DNA of 63,877 bases, counting the filler, from Octopus bimaculoides (Eukaryota): assembly GCF_001194135.2 (NCBI RefSeq). It is 7 parts of 7 records of this genome, joined end to end, with 100 filler letters (N's around TTAATTAATTAA, not from the genome) between each part and the next. Parts side by side here need not be neighbours in the genome. Positions count along the whole stretch, not along the records: positions 1 to 16,236 come from NC_069006.1; 6 more parts are not named here. The stretch is one strand, 5' to 3'. This document shows, piece after piece, positions 1 through 12,941 of this stretch; position 1 is the first letter of the stretch, and the number at the start of each line of letters is the position of its first letter. Position numbers and translations under genes: made by a program. The notes under the pieces were generated by a model, which was given only the letters and a program-made list of their open reading frames with translations, did not search any database and was not told the origin of the DNA.

Positions 1-20
1 TATATATATATATATATATA

Positions 21-75
21 TGTTTGTGTGTCTGTGTTTGTACCCCGCCACCATTGCTTGACAAGTAAAAAGAAT
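21..75 (+). mobile_element. Internally deleted fragment of SINE family A (middle joined to tail)
   Basis: tgtgtctgtgtttgtaccccgccaccattgcttgacaa matches the middle of the full copies at 23350 and 29733, then jumps to their tail gtaaaaagaata. Confidence 0.7.
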
Positions 76-1484
76 ATATATATAAATGTATATGTTTGTG
101 TGCCTGTGTTTGTCCGGCAGACAGACAGAGATAGATGGATGGATGGATGGTCGGATGTACAGACATACATATATACATACAAGTTGTGATTTTATAGATA
201 GGCAATAAGATTGTCATAAATCGTGATTAAAATTTTAGAACTGACTTCTAATGATATTTTGACAGTTTCTATGGACACAACCGTACATACACTTCCCATC
301 CAGTTCATACACCCTCCTCTACTATATGCATAAACAGTAAACCATACACAGACATACATAACCATCACACTCGTATACGCACGTATGTTTATATAATATA
401 CATACACGTGCCTATATATATATGCGTGTGTGTGTGTGTGTACACTATGAAACTGACAAGCTAAGTAACTGCACAGATCAATGCAAACATGTGTGTATTC
501 AAATGGTTATCGAAAAATATAAATATATTACAGTTTGTATTCATATATGCATATACATACATATATTCCTTATAGTAGATATTCACATACGTGTGCACGC
601 GCAGGTATTTGTGAGTGCGCGTGCAAGTATTTGTGTGTGTGTGTGTGTGTGCAGGTATATGTGTTTGTATATGCAATTATCGATTTATATATATATGATC
701 AAATACAGACATAGATAAAAACGTATGCATAAGACACACATGCCCACTCTTACTCACCCACATACAAACACTTGAGTACACATACACGCAAATCTGTGTA
801 GAGCGCCGTTCTTCATTTCTACTTTCACTTTCGTTAACACATAACAACCTACACAGATTGACATTTGTGTCAAGGACCTTATGAAGAATTATGTAAAAGT
901 TATATATTAATTAAGTTAAGTAAATGGAAAATATGTGTGCTTCCATATTCATTTTACCATTTCTATTTAAGCTTTTAATTCTGGAATCAATTCACGTCTT
1001 TTATGTCAGATTTAACGTATTCACCAATCACCCAATCAACCAGCATCAACGTCGACGCATTTCTCCATTATGTTTTTATATACGTGTTTCTTTCTCAGTC
1101 AGTATACGTACGTGTCAGCGCTGTTTTTGTGTTTGTGTGTGTGTGAGTATGTCAGTCTATCTGTCTGACTGTGTGTACGTATATGTGTGTGTGTGTGTGT
1201 GTGTATTTACGATTATACATATGTTTCTGCGTGTGTGTGTATGCATGTATGAATATATTTCTTTACGTGTACACGTGTGATACTTGTAAGAGTTTGTGCG
1301 AATGAGTGAGTGAGTCTGTTTCTTTGTATGTGTGTGTGTTTGAAGTCCGGATCATTATTTTAATGCTTATATATTCACTTAAGTTTTTATGCAGTCATGT
1401 ACATATTCCTTTCGTGGTACATTTTCATCTACTTATGTGTGTGGGTCTATACATACATAAATACATACACACTCACACATGTTC

Positions 1485-1523
<39 letters not shown>

Positions 1524-1628
1524 TCATGTGTGCATTTTTATCTATTTACATTTACATATATATATACATACGTAGACACACATCCATTTATCTATCTATT
1601 TATTACTCTCTCTCTCCCTATGTGTGTT

Positions 1629-1685
<57 letters not shown>

Positions 1686-1744
1686 ATCCAGTTACTGAGC
1701 ACTGTTTTCCTTTAGAACACCAGAATAATAATAATAATAATAAT

Positions 1745-2010
1745 CTAAAAACAGAAACAATTCCTATCATAGTAGGCGCCTTAGGTATAATAAAAAAAAT
1801 ATTCAGACAAATACATAAAAACACCAGGACTTACAAATATATATAACATACAGAAAATTGCACTACTGGGCACTGCACACATCCTACGCAAAACACTTTC
1901 AATACAGTAACCATAAGAGTATCACAGCAAACCACAGCACATACCCAAGGCACACAGAGCTGCGCTCGGTCGTGAAGTGAAAGCACGTTATAAAAATGAA
2001 ACTACTGAAC
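1745..2010 (+). mobile_element. 3' end of an R4/Dong-type RLE non-LTR retrotransposon (5'-truncated)
   Basis: Translates to ETIPIIVGALGII...YNIQKIALLGTAHILRKTLSIQ* (stop 1908-1910), the typical C-terminus of RLE LINEs; (AAT)n on both sides. Confidence 0.8.
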
Positions 2011-2484
2011 GATAATAATAATGATAAGGTAGAAAACGATGAAGCAACAGAATGTACAATACTGAGTGAGCAACATTTCGTAGCAGCCCTTCTGCAGAGC
2101 AATAAACAAAAAAGAAGCTTCCAAAAATCACCATGATGTGAAACGCTGTTGTCAGTATGTTCCTAGATATACCAAACCACTACGATAACCATTCACCAAA
2201 TTTTTCATTGAATAATACGATATAAAATACCACAGACACACAAACAAAGTATAAGAACATTTCTCTTGCAAAAACTATCTGAAATACTTGCCGCCCATTT
2301 TAAAGATATAAGACAAAGAAGATTTCAATTTATACGTCTTGCGAGACCCTGTCATCTAGTATTTTGCGTCCGAAAATATTGTAAGTTTATGGTGTAGTTC
2401 GTTGTACCTGAATACCGAGCTGCCAGTATAGAAGCAGTTAAGTTCCTAAAGGGAAAACAAGCACCACACACACATATATATATA

Positions 2485-2594
2485 GAGAGAGTCGAACACG
2501 CACACAGACATATATATATATATATATATATATATAGAGTCGAACACGCACACACACATATATAGAGAGTCGAACACGCACACACACATATATA
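2485..2594. repeat. Compound minisatellite, 3 x gagagtcgaacacgcacac + (TA)n
   Basis: Direct reading; spacing varies with the TA tract. Confidence 0.85.
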
Positions 2595-2782
2595 CAAACC
2601 CCATCATGCAAATCACTTCAATGGTACAGTCGCACTTGAACTTTTATATGCAGGTGAGACAGAGACTCCTACGAAGGATGAAGGGCGACTGGCTATGGCA
2701 CAGAAGGTTAGAAAAAGATCCGTGCAAGAAATTTTACTGCGGGAACATCTCTGAAACAAGAATTGGATTGAACAATGTGACA
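2595..2782 (+). mobile_element. Degraded RTE-clade LINE fragment (RT C-terminal region)
   Basis: Frame reads ANHFNGTVALELLYAGETETPTKDEGRLAMAQKVRKRSVQEILLREHL, aligning by eye with the RTE motif LFNSTVLPALLYGSETW..TK.EE.RL..AQR.MERSMLGISLREHI; runs into an N gap. Confidence 0.65.
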
Positions 2783-3348
2783 NNNNNNNNNNNNNNNNNN
2801 NNNNNNNNNNNNNNNNNNNNNNNNNNNNNNNNNNNNNNNNNNNNNNNNNNNNNNNNNNNNNNNNNNNNNNNNNNNNNNNNNNNNNNNNNNNNNNNNNNNN
2901 NNNNNNNNNNNNNNNNNNNNNNNNNNNNNNNNNNNNNNNNNNNNNNNNNNNNNNNNNNNNNNNNNNNNNNNNNNNNNNNNNNNNNNNNNNNNNNNNNNNN
3001 NNNNNNNNNNNNNNNNNNNNNNNNNNNNNNNNNNNNNNNNNNNNNNNNNNNNNNNNNNNNNNNNNNNNNNNNNNNNNNNNNNNNNNNNNNNNNNNNNNNN
3101 NNNNNNNNNNNNNNNNNNNNNNNNNNNNNNNNNNNNNNNNNNNNNNNNNNNNNNNNNNNNNNNNNNNNNNNNNNNNNNNNNNNNNNNNNNNNNNNNNNNN
3201 NNNNNNNNNNNNNNNNNNNNNNNNNNNNNNNNNNNNNNNNNNNNNNNNNNNNNNNNNNNNNNNNNNNNNNNNNNNNNNNNNNNNNNNNNNNNNNNNNNNN
3301 NNNNNNNNNNNNNNNNNNNNNNNNNNNNNNNNNNNNNNNNNNNNNNNN

Positions 3349-3349
3349 N

Positions 3350-3415
<66 letters not shown>

Positions 3416-3443
3416 AAGAGAGAGAGAGAAAGAGAAAGAGAGA
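3349..3443. repeat. (GA)n microsatellite
   Basis: Direct reading. Confidence 0.95.
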
Positions 3444-3621
3444 GCAGATACGTTTCTAAACCTATTCATAGATTTATATATCTTCTAATCGATAACTGAC
3501 TGAATGAATGATTCAATCAATCAATCATCCAATCACACAAACAACCAATTAGTCAATCTTTCTACCTAAATATCGATCAATTTATACATTACCATGTAGA
3601 TATCGATCTGTTTATATACAT

Positions 3622-3661
<40 letters not shown>

Positions 3662-4723
3662 GTGAGTGCGTATGGCATTCAAAAGACTATATTTATACAA
3701 AGTAAATGCATAAAACATAACGTGTGTATATATATATATACATAACCAAATGAATATTTACGGGTCTGTATTTATATTTCAAGTTCGTTTCTTTGTATTT
3801 TTGTTTTCAGCATTCTTCAGTTGTATATTTGCTATTTTTTATCAAGAGGAATTTTGCTCCCCCCTTTACACTCTCATTCCTTCATCTCTATCCAGGTTTC
3901 TCTCCCTCTTCACACATATTAAAAATCTCCATATGAATATCTCTGCTTAAACATGTTTTTTTTTCTTCTCTTTATTTCCAAACAATATACATCTAATGCA
4001 TATTTATCAATAGGCCGTACACCCCTATGCATATATACATATACACATTCATATATATATNNNNNNNNNNNNNNNNNNNNNNNNNNNNNNNNNNNNNNNN
4101 NNNNNNNNNNNNNNNNNNNNNNNNNNNNNNNNNNGTATGTATTTGTGCTGTTTATATGATGACGAATTTCAAAGTAAACTTTTGAATTAAAAAGCAAAAA
4201 TTAATTAAATTTAATTAAATTTATTTTAATTTGAATAAATTTCATTTAATTATACGTGTGAGATATTGTCTTGCTGCTGAAGTAATTTCGTTGTCCGGGT
4301 GAATTTATGTTTGGCGGTTGGGGTGTAAATACACATTTTTAAAAGACACTTCTTTATTCTTTGGTCGAAGTTGACTTCAATTTTGTGAACTCAACCTTTA
4401 TCAAAGACTGTACCGTAGATATTCCAATAAACATCGGACAATAACTGAGGTCCACGTCATACACCTAATTAATTGATAGATTCTGATATTTTTTTGTAAA
4501 AGAGGTCGTTTTTTATTGCTGGTTTTTGTTCTGTTTATGCTTTCTTTTTTCAGGAATAATTTGACATCAAGTGTGAGATGCGATTTTCTATATATAATTC
4601 TTCATTCTTTTCATTCATTCTTTCATATATACAAACACACACATACATATATTGGTGTAGTGTTTAGCATATCTATATTGTTTACACGGGGTTCGAATCT
4701 CGCAGTTGATATCAGAAATTTTA

Positions 4724-4889
4724 GGCGCTGGTGTAGCTGTGGTAAGCAATTTACTTCCCAACCACATAGTTCAGTCCCACTGCGTGGTACCTTAAGCATG
4801 TGTCTTCTGCTATAGCTGCGGGTCGACCAATGTGCTGTGAGTGGATTTGGCAGATGGAAACTGAAAAATCCATAGTGTAGAAGCCCATA
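4724..4889 (+). mobile_element. SINE family A, 5' half (tRNA-derived head)
   Basis: ggcgctggtgtagctgtggtaag...gtgagtggatttggcagatggaaactgaa, homologous to 23350 and 29733. Confidence 0.8.
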
Positions 4890-4903
4890 GTGTGTGTGCG
4901 TAC

Positions 4904-4975
<72 letters not shown>

Positions 4976-5925
4976 TATAGATATATACATATATCCATGC
5001 ATATATATACATACCTACATTTATATGTATACATACATGTATGTATGGGTACAGGACATCAAAAACACGTTAAACACAATGCGAAACGAAAACAAAGATG
5101 AAGACATAAAACTTTTTTCGAACAACGAAAAAAAAAAAAAAAACTCCATCCCTATATACTTTGTGACTGTTCTAACCAGGAGAGTCTCTTTCATATTCTA
5201 TACTATGTCTAAGTGTTGTACTTCTAGAACAGAAACACTAACCTATGCGTGTGTGTTTATTTCTTTTTACTATTATTAATCAAATTCTGCTCATAAGGAA
5301 AATGTTAGATACTGAAAAAAAATGCTATCAGAAAAAGCTTGCATATTTTTTATAGAAAAGTCTTGCATATTTTTTTTTTCCTGGGCTGTCACGTTCACAA
5401 CTACTACCATAACCAATTGCACCAACGATTTATAGGGTTATATTTAAATTTATGACCTGTGAAGGGGACAGAGATTTCATTACCATTGTCCATAAATATT
5501 CTCTGTATTGATTTTCATTCAAAGAAATGCTCATACCGGCAAGCGGAATCAGTGATTATATTTAGTATTTCTTTTCGTCCGAAACAACTACAGGTATACT
5601 CTGCATTACGGCTACCTCAGGTTACGGGATTTCACACTTACGGAAATTGTAAAGTATGACCGTTAATTTCGGGATATGATCTGTAATTCAACTCTTACTG
5701 CATAATTCATTTAAAACTGCACTTCCTTCTTGGTTCAAATGACCACTTACATTTTAGTTATAATCAAAGAATATAGTTGATTATTTGGAAAATTATCATC
5801 ATGACACATATACATCTACAATATTATTCTACACGTTCGTGCGTTTGTGTCTTTTGTCTGTGTGTTACGCTAACGCCAAGAGGGGCAATAACTCGAATGG
5901 AGAACTATATATATAGTCTGTGTGT

Positions 5926-6460
5926 GAGACTACCTGCATCAACTTGCTATAAAAGTAGGTTGTAATTTTACCTTGTCCTTATTCTTAGCGAAAGTTTTGA
6001 GGAGTATATTTTGATTTTAACAATCATTTTTTTCAAAGCTATAATGGAAGTGACAAAGGAATATATTCGGCATATTTTGCTTTATGAGTTCAATATAGGC
6101 AACAACGCAACGGAAAGTGCGAAGAATATTAATGCGGTATATAAGGATTGGACAATAAACGTAAGCCAGTGTCAACGACGGTTCCAGAAATTCTGAGCTG
6201 GAAACTACAGCCCAGAAGATGAGCCTCGTCTTGGTAGATCTGTAGAGCTCAATGAGGACGTCCTACAAACCCTGCTAGAACAAAATCCCATCATAACTGT
6301 TGCGAAACTAGCAGAGAAAATTGGATTTGTTCACCGAGACCACAGGATAAAGGTCTTCACCCACGTAATATGTTGTTATCTGTTTGGTGGGATATGAAAG
6401 GTTTAGTCCACTTTGAACTTTTAAACCCAACCCAAACAATAACAAACGAGATCTTATTTG
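5926..6460 (+). mobile_element. Mariner transposase remnant (N-terminal HTH plus an internal piece), no TIRs visible
   Basis: ATG 6044: MEVTKEYIRHILLYEFNIGNNATESAKNIN...EDEPRLGRSVE; after a deletion LLSVWWDMKGLVHFELL; homologous to 20998-22234. Confidence 0.9.
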
Positions 6461-7533
6461 TTCCAGCCAATGCTTCAAAGTTTGATAGCTAACTTCAGGG
6501 TATATTATATCAGAAGAACTTTCCAACAACTTATCAAAGCAATTGACAGGGACGATAAACCTACAATTAGACATTTCTGGAAGAAATTTAACACAATACA
6601 TGCTATGGATAATATAGCTGAGTTAAGGGATGAAATGAAACCTTCGACTTTGAATAGTGCTTCGAAAAAGGTGTGGTCTCAGATTCTCTCCGTGACATTT
6701 CAAGTTTTCCTCAAGTAGAAAGTCTACATCAAATTCAGAAAGATATTGTGACACTTGCAAAGGATGTAAGATTTGTAGAAGTCATAAAGGACAATGTGAC
6801 TGAGCTGCTGGTGTCCCAGAGAGAAAGATTATCTAATGAGGAGCTGATGCTGTTACAAGAAGAACAAGCTGAGAATACAAAAAGAGACAACTGAAGTTCC
6901 ACCAACAAAACTTCAATTGGCAACTACAGTTATTGCTTAAAGGGTTAGCACTTAAAAAGGAAAGGTCTGCAAGTTTTTGCTGATGATGATCCTGATCATA
7001 AACGAAACATAAAAATCACAAGAGACGTTAGCAATGAGCTTAGTTTTTGTACAGATCTGTTCAGAGAGACGACGCATCATAAAAACATTAAAAAGATAAC
7101 CAAACAACTTTGGATCAGTTCTTCACCACTCGAGCCGATGTTGATAATAAACTATAAAATGGTAAATATTGTCTTTCATCCTTCTAATAACGCTCATTCC
7201 ACTACCACCACCCCTCATACAATCGTCAGCATCTTTTGTGGTAAGAACGATCTCTTATGATATTAAAATTCGTATTAATTCCCAAACGTATTCCTCTTGA
7301 GATGTTTTTGTTTCTATCTATCTATATTATACAATGTCAAGAAATTGTTATTTTCCTGTATAAAATTGATCGTGTTGCTTGTCCTCTGTTTTCTTGCGCG
7401 TTTTCCATTTTCCGAAAAAAAATCCGTTGGAACTTAATCTCACTTCATAATATGAAAATCAATAGGAAAATTTATTTCGTATTACGGTCAGATTTTCAAG
7501 AACACATTACTTCTGTAAAGCGAGGAATTCCTG
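6461..7533 (+). mobile_element. Tigger/pogo DNA transposon, 3' part with right TIR (copy 1)
   Basis: QPMLQSLIANFRVYYIRRTFQQLIKAI...FWKKFN is the TIGD/Tigger DDE C-terminus; ends ...aagcgaggaattcctg|TA, a CAG-type TIR followed by TA. Confidence 0.88.
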
Positions 7534-7641
7534 TATATCAAACCTGTTATGTTTGATGAGAATCTTCCAAATAGCATTCTTTGCGTTACTATTATGTACT
7601 AGCGGAATCCATGGAAATACCAAGGGCAAACAAAGAAATGC

Positions 7642-7905
7642 GATAAATGGATTACGTTGACCCAGTGTGCAAAAGGATGAAAGACAAGGTCGATCTCAGC
7701 AGAATTTGAACTCAGAAAATGAAGAAGGGTGAAATGTCGCTAAGCATTTTCCTCGGGGTGCAAATGACTTTGCCATCTCGCTGCCCAATTTGCTAATAAT
7801 ATTAATATTGGTCTCAAACTTTGGCACAAGTCCAGCAAGTTCAAGGGTAGGATAAATGGATTACATCGACCCCCAATGCTCAGCTGGTATTTATTTTATC
7901 AACCC
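7642..7905 (-). mobile_element. Two degenerate SINE family B pieces
   Basis: ggatgaaagacaaggtcgatctcagcagaatttgaactcag and gattacatcgacccc match the reverse complement of the SINE at 45765. Confidence 0.75.
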
Positions 7906-8008
7906 CTTTTCACACGTACACCAAGGGAAATTTTATTTCGTAAATGCTGCACAAGATCGTGTTCCGAGGATAAAAGCAAATAAAAGTGTTCACACTTCGA
8001 ACGAAAAT

Positions 8009-8009
<1 letters not shown>

Positions 8010-8042
<33 letters not shown>

Positions 8043-8052
8043 TTTATAATAA
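8010..8052. repeat. (AAT)n microsatellite abutting the R4/Dong-like LINE
   Basis: Direct reading. Confidence 0.9.
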
Positions 8053-8054
8053 TC

Positions 8055-9175
8055 TGTGCGGATTTTCTCCAATGCTATTAAGATGGAGTTTGGACTCTCA
8101 TAATGTGCTACGATCGTGATGAGACGAAGAAAGCTTTTCAGAACAGAAGGCATATGGTTGCCAAGTAGTGAAATGAAGGAAATTTAACGTCAATCCTGCT
8201 ATAATTAGCTGGAATACTTGAGGCAGATGCAATCAAGCACAATGACATGAAGGAAAAGACAAAAAGAGAGTACCTGCAGAGAATGACAAAACTATGGGAT
8301 TCAAAGCTATATGCCAGAAACACAATTTCGGCAATAAACTCGCGCGCAGTCGCAGTAGTTCGATATGGCGCTGCAATCCTGAAGTAAACAGGAGGAACTA
8401 AAGGAGGTGGACAGGAAGTCAAGAAAGCTTTTAACGATGCATGGTGCCCATCATCCACGTGAGCACTAAACTGGCAGCACAAGACCAAGCTTTGGCCATG
8501 AACTCGAGGGTCAGCCTTAGAAATGAGCAAGTGCCTCCGCTGTGCCGCATCTGCAAGAGAGTGAATGAAGCCATTGCTCATATCACGCACGAATGCCCTA
8601 GACTTGTCCAAAACCACTACAAGGTTTGGCGACACGATCAGGTAACGAAAGTGCTACATTGGAAACTGTGCGAAAAGTAGGGGATGGAAAGAGACAAGAC
8701 ATGGCATGAGCACAAAATGCAGAGAGTGGCGGAGTCGGAGATTAACAAAATCCTCTGGGATGTCCCAATTCAAACAGACCAGGTGCTAGACCGGACCTAG
8801 TGGTGGTGGACAAGATGCATAACATATGCTATATTAGTTAATGTTGCATGCCCCTCTGACCCACGAATAGTCAAGAAGGAAAGCGGAAAGATAAATACAA
8901 CCCCCTTAAATACGAAACAGTCCGGCTGTGGAAAAGTGAATATAGTGCCAATTATTGTTGGGTCCTTGGGAACAGTATCAGAAGGCATCAAGAAGAATAT
9001 AAAGGAAATTGGAATAGAGTGCTTAGTAGAACTGTTACAAAAGGTTTGCCTCCTTGGCATGATCAGAATAACCAGGAAAGTATTAGAAAGTTGAAAATGG
9101 ATGGCATGGTACTGTAGGCCAAAGGTAGCCAACCCGCTACGCATGTAAGTTTCCAGGAGTTCCAACAAAACCTGT
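8055..9175 (+). mobile_element. R4/Dong-type RLE LINE, 5'-truncated with internal deletions
   Basis: Remnant frames: FSNAIKMEFGL, AINSRAVAVVRYG, AAQDQAL, CCHC knuckle CRICKRVNEAIAHITHEC, RHDQV, RPDLVVVDK, IVPIIVGSLG, LQKVCLLG..RKVLES*. Confidence 0.92.
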
Positions 9176-9193
9176 GATAAAGAGAAATACTAT

Positions 9194-9625
9194 AGGCACA
9201 AGGCCTGAAATTTGTAGGGAGGGGACTAGTCGATTACATCGACCCCAGGGTTTCACTGGTACCTAATTTATCAACCCCGAAAAGATGAAAGGCAAAGTCG
9301 ATCTCGGTGGAATTTGAACTCAGAACGTAGCGACAAGCGAAATACCGGTAGGCAATTCTTCCAGCGTGCTAATGAGATTCTGCCAGCAAGCTGCTTTAAT
9401 AATAATAAAAATCGTTTCTGCTATAGACAGAAACGCCTGAAATTTAGGAGAGGTGTACGTCGATTACATCGATCCCAATACTCAAGCGGTACTTATTTTA
9501 TCGACCCCCGAAAGAATGAAATGTAGACTCTACTTCGGCGGAATTTAAAATTAGAACCTAAAGACGGATAAAATGCCGCTAAGGAGCTTTCCCGGCGTGC
9601 TAACGATTCTGCCAACTCGCTACCC
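9194..9625 (-). mobile_element. Two tandem SINE family B copies (9194-9397, 9405-9625)
   Basis: Each carries gtcgattacatcgacccc...gatgaaaggcaaagtcg...gaactcagaac...gattctgccag. Confidence 0.85.
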
Positions 9626-9974
9626 TACTTGAGAATATTAATAATAATATTAACAAGTTTATGGAAGCCTAGATATGTGTACCCTTTTTGTAATATTTAG
9701 AGTAACTACTTCCCGTCTCTTTATTAAGGTTCGTTTGAATAATAATTCTGGCATGACATTTATATGACACAATGGTCCGTTAAGGTTAATGGGAATAATT
9801 CTTATTTCTGTTGTATATTTAGAGTATTGGATATTCGTTTGGTGGGGTTAATTCAGATTTCTCATTTCACTCATTTCACAAACACACACAGGGAGGAATT
9901 GATAACTTCTAGCCTCGGGAGCGACACACGCATTCACGTTGCGAATTGCAATATCTATGATAATGGAATTATGA

Positions 9975-10474
9975 CAAACAAACTCAACAACAAAACACCA
10001 CCATGGTCAACGCCAACAGCTATTTTAAATGCGGCAAACACATTGGCCATAGCAGAAACGTCAGCAACAGTGATAATAAGAATACGACATTTAGAAACGT
10101 GATAGACTTTACGAAAAACAAAATCGACAGCAACAACTGTACCTACGAAGCAACAAATGTGTTATCAATGAGAGCAACAGTAACAACGACGACTGCGCAA
10201 CAAATGAGAACGACAGCTAAAAGATCAACAAATTCCTCAATATTATGATAACGATGGTAATCATCATCATCGTTGTTAGCAATAAGAGTAGCATCGGTAG
10301 CATCAGCAGCATCAAAGTCGAAAAGTAACAGCGTAAACAAAAGTAATAACGAGTAGTACTTGAACAATGAAGATCAAAATGGAAGCAAAATAAAGAAGAA
10401 CAGCTGAAGCAGTGAGTGTAAGCAATTATAACTGCTTTTACAGGCCTAAGAAATGCAGTTGAAAAATATTGAAG

Positions 10475-10506
<32 letters not shown>

Positions 10507-10760
10507 CGCACAATGAAATCTAGCAACAATAAAAATTTCAATAAAAAGAAAAAAAAACAACAACACTGCAAAGTCACAAACGACTTTTAGAAAACTAAAT
10601 ACAGAAACTACAAAAACAAAAAAAAACATAATAACAACTGCAATGAGAACAACAACAACAACAACAGAAGCAAGAATAACAGTAACAATAGCAACAACAA
10701 TAACATTAAGAAATAACAACAGTAGTAGCAGTGGTAATCTCTATTATGGCAAGAAGAAAC
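9975..10760. repeat. A-rich mosaic of degenerate trinucleotide repeats (AAC/AGC/ATC/AAT) with a long poly(A)
   Basis: Direct reading; strong A-strand bias. Confidence 0.75.
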
Positions 10761-11034
10761 GGCAAGAACAATGGCTGTAAAGTAGCATTCCCGGCAGAAG
10801 ACATTCCAACAGGAAGTTAAGATGACGTCATATAAGCGTCACGAATGCGATTTATATTTATTTGTATTAGACTATATCTATTCCCAACACATACACTCGT
10901 TTCTCTTTCTTGTCACTTCTCATCCATGTCCTTTGTTCTTCCGTGTCTTCCACTGCTCACACGTGTGTGTGTATGTGTGTGTGTGTGTGTGTGTGATGCC
11001 TATAGGTACTTGTGCTGTGTGCATGTTATATACA

Positions 11035-11074
<40 letters not shown>

Positions 11075-11537
11075 TTAGAAAGTGATTGAAATTTGAATTT
11101 CATTGGTTTGAAAGTAGGAGAGAGTTATTTACAAGAATTAGTTTCGAATGTGCGTGTATTTACACACGCACACAAATATATGAAAGCATGATATATATAT
11201 GCATGTACACACACACACACATTATATATATATANNNNNNNNNNNNNNNNNNNNNNNNNNNNNNNNNNNNNNNNNNNNNNNNNNNNNNNNNNNNNNNNNN
11301 NNNNNNNNNNNNNNNNNNNNNNNNNNNNNNNNNNNNNNNNNNNNNNNNNNNNNNNNNNNNNNNNNNNNNNNNNNNNNNNNNNNNNNNNNNNNNNNNNNNN
11401 NNNNNNNNNNNNNNNNNNNNNNNNNNNNNNNNNNNNNNNNNNNNNNNNNNNNNNNNNNNNNNNNNNNNNNNNNNNNNNNNNNNNNNNNNNNNNNNNNNNN
11501 NNNNNNNNNNNNNNNNNNNNNNNNNNNNNNNNNNNNN

Positions 11538-11594
<57 letters not shown>

Positions 11595-11667
11595 CATATA
11601 TGTACACATGCACATGCGTATAGTGAGAGAAATAGACAAACATAGATAGATAGATAGATAGATAGAT

Positions 11668-11716
11668 CCCCACAATGAACCCACCACAATGAACCCACCA
11701 CAATGAACCCACCAAC
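11668..11716. repeat. 15-bp tandem repeat, 3 x ccacaatgaacccac
   Basis: Direct reading. Confidence 0.9.
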
Positions 11717-11894
11717 TTTTGAATCCAACAAGCTACAACTGATATCAGCATGTACGCTTATACGTGTGTGCATGAATGTGTGCGTGTGACTGTGTGTGAC
11801 AGTGTGAATGTGTCGGTGAGTGTCTGTGTATTTATGCCTTAAGTTAGAAGTGCAAAGGGCGAATTGTCTATAAAATCTGGTGAACATATCTTTT

Positions 11895-12941
11895 AGACAA
11901 TGCACCAAACCACCCAGCAAACTGAGATGGTATTTCTAATAATGTGCGAGCAGAATATATTCCCAACAATACAATCTCTTTGCTCCAGACAATGGATCAA
12001 GGTTTGATAGCTAACTTCAAGGCTTATTGTATTAGAACTTACAAATAACTTAAGAAAGCAATTGACAGAGACGATAAACGTACAATTTGATATTTCTGGG
12101 AGAAATTCAACATAATGGATGCTGTGGATGAGACAGCTGAGTTAAGGGATGAAATGAAACCTTCAACTTTGAATAGTGCTTCGAAAAAGGTGTGGTCTCA
12201 GATTCTATCCGTGACATTTCAAGTTTTCCTCAAGTAGAAAGTCTACATCAAATTCAGAAAGATATTGTGACACTTGCAAAGGATGTAAGATTTGTAGAAG
12301 TCATAAAGGACGATGTGACTGAGTTGCTACAGTTATTGCTTAAAGGGTTGGCACTTAAAAAGGAAAGGTTTGCAAGTTTTTGCTGGTGATCCTAATCATA
12401 AATGCAACATAACAGTCACAAGAGAAGTTAGCAATGATCTTAGTCCTCACACTGAGTTATACAAAGAAATGATGCGTCATACAAAAACAAACAACTTTGT
12501 ATAAGCTCTTCACCCATAAAGCTGATGTTGGTAATAATGAATTATAAGATAATAAATATTGTCCTTCATCCTACTAGTAACATTCGTTCCACCATCATCC
12601 CTCATACAGTCGTCAACATCTTTTGTAGTAAGAACGTACTCTTACGATATTAAGATTCTTATTAATTCCCTAATGTATTCTTCTTGAAATGTATTTTTCT
12701 GTATTTTTATGTATCTATATTCTACCGCGTATGTTTAGAAATTGCTATTTTCATGTATAAAGGTGATTGAGTTGCTTATTCTCAGTTGTTTTCTTGTGAT
12801 TTTTCATTTGTTTTGTTTTTTGTTTTTGAAAAAGTTCGTGAGATTGTAATCTCACTTGATAATATGAAAATCAAAAGGAAAATTTCGTGTTACGACCAGA
12901 TTTTCAAGAACGCGTTACTTCTGAGAAGCGAAGGATTCCTG
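11895..12941 (+). mobile_element. Tigger/pogo DNA transposon, 3' part with right TIR (copy 2)
   Basis: NTISLLQTMDQGLIANFKAY; homologous to 6461-7533 with an internal deletion near 12330; ends ...gaagcgaaggattcctg. Confidence 0.88.

Noticed and set aside
2606-2782. Apparent splice site tatgcag|gtgaga and ORF VRQRLLRRMKGDWLW
   Set aside because: Another frame matches the RTE RT C-terminus, explaining the region as a LINE relic
6975-7015. CTGATGA...GAAAC hammerhead-like string
   Set aside because: Lies in Tigger coding sequence (DDDPDHKRN); no stem I or III. The same applies to CTGATGA hits at the YADD/FADD codons
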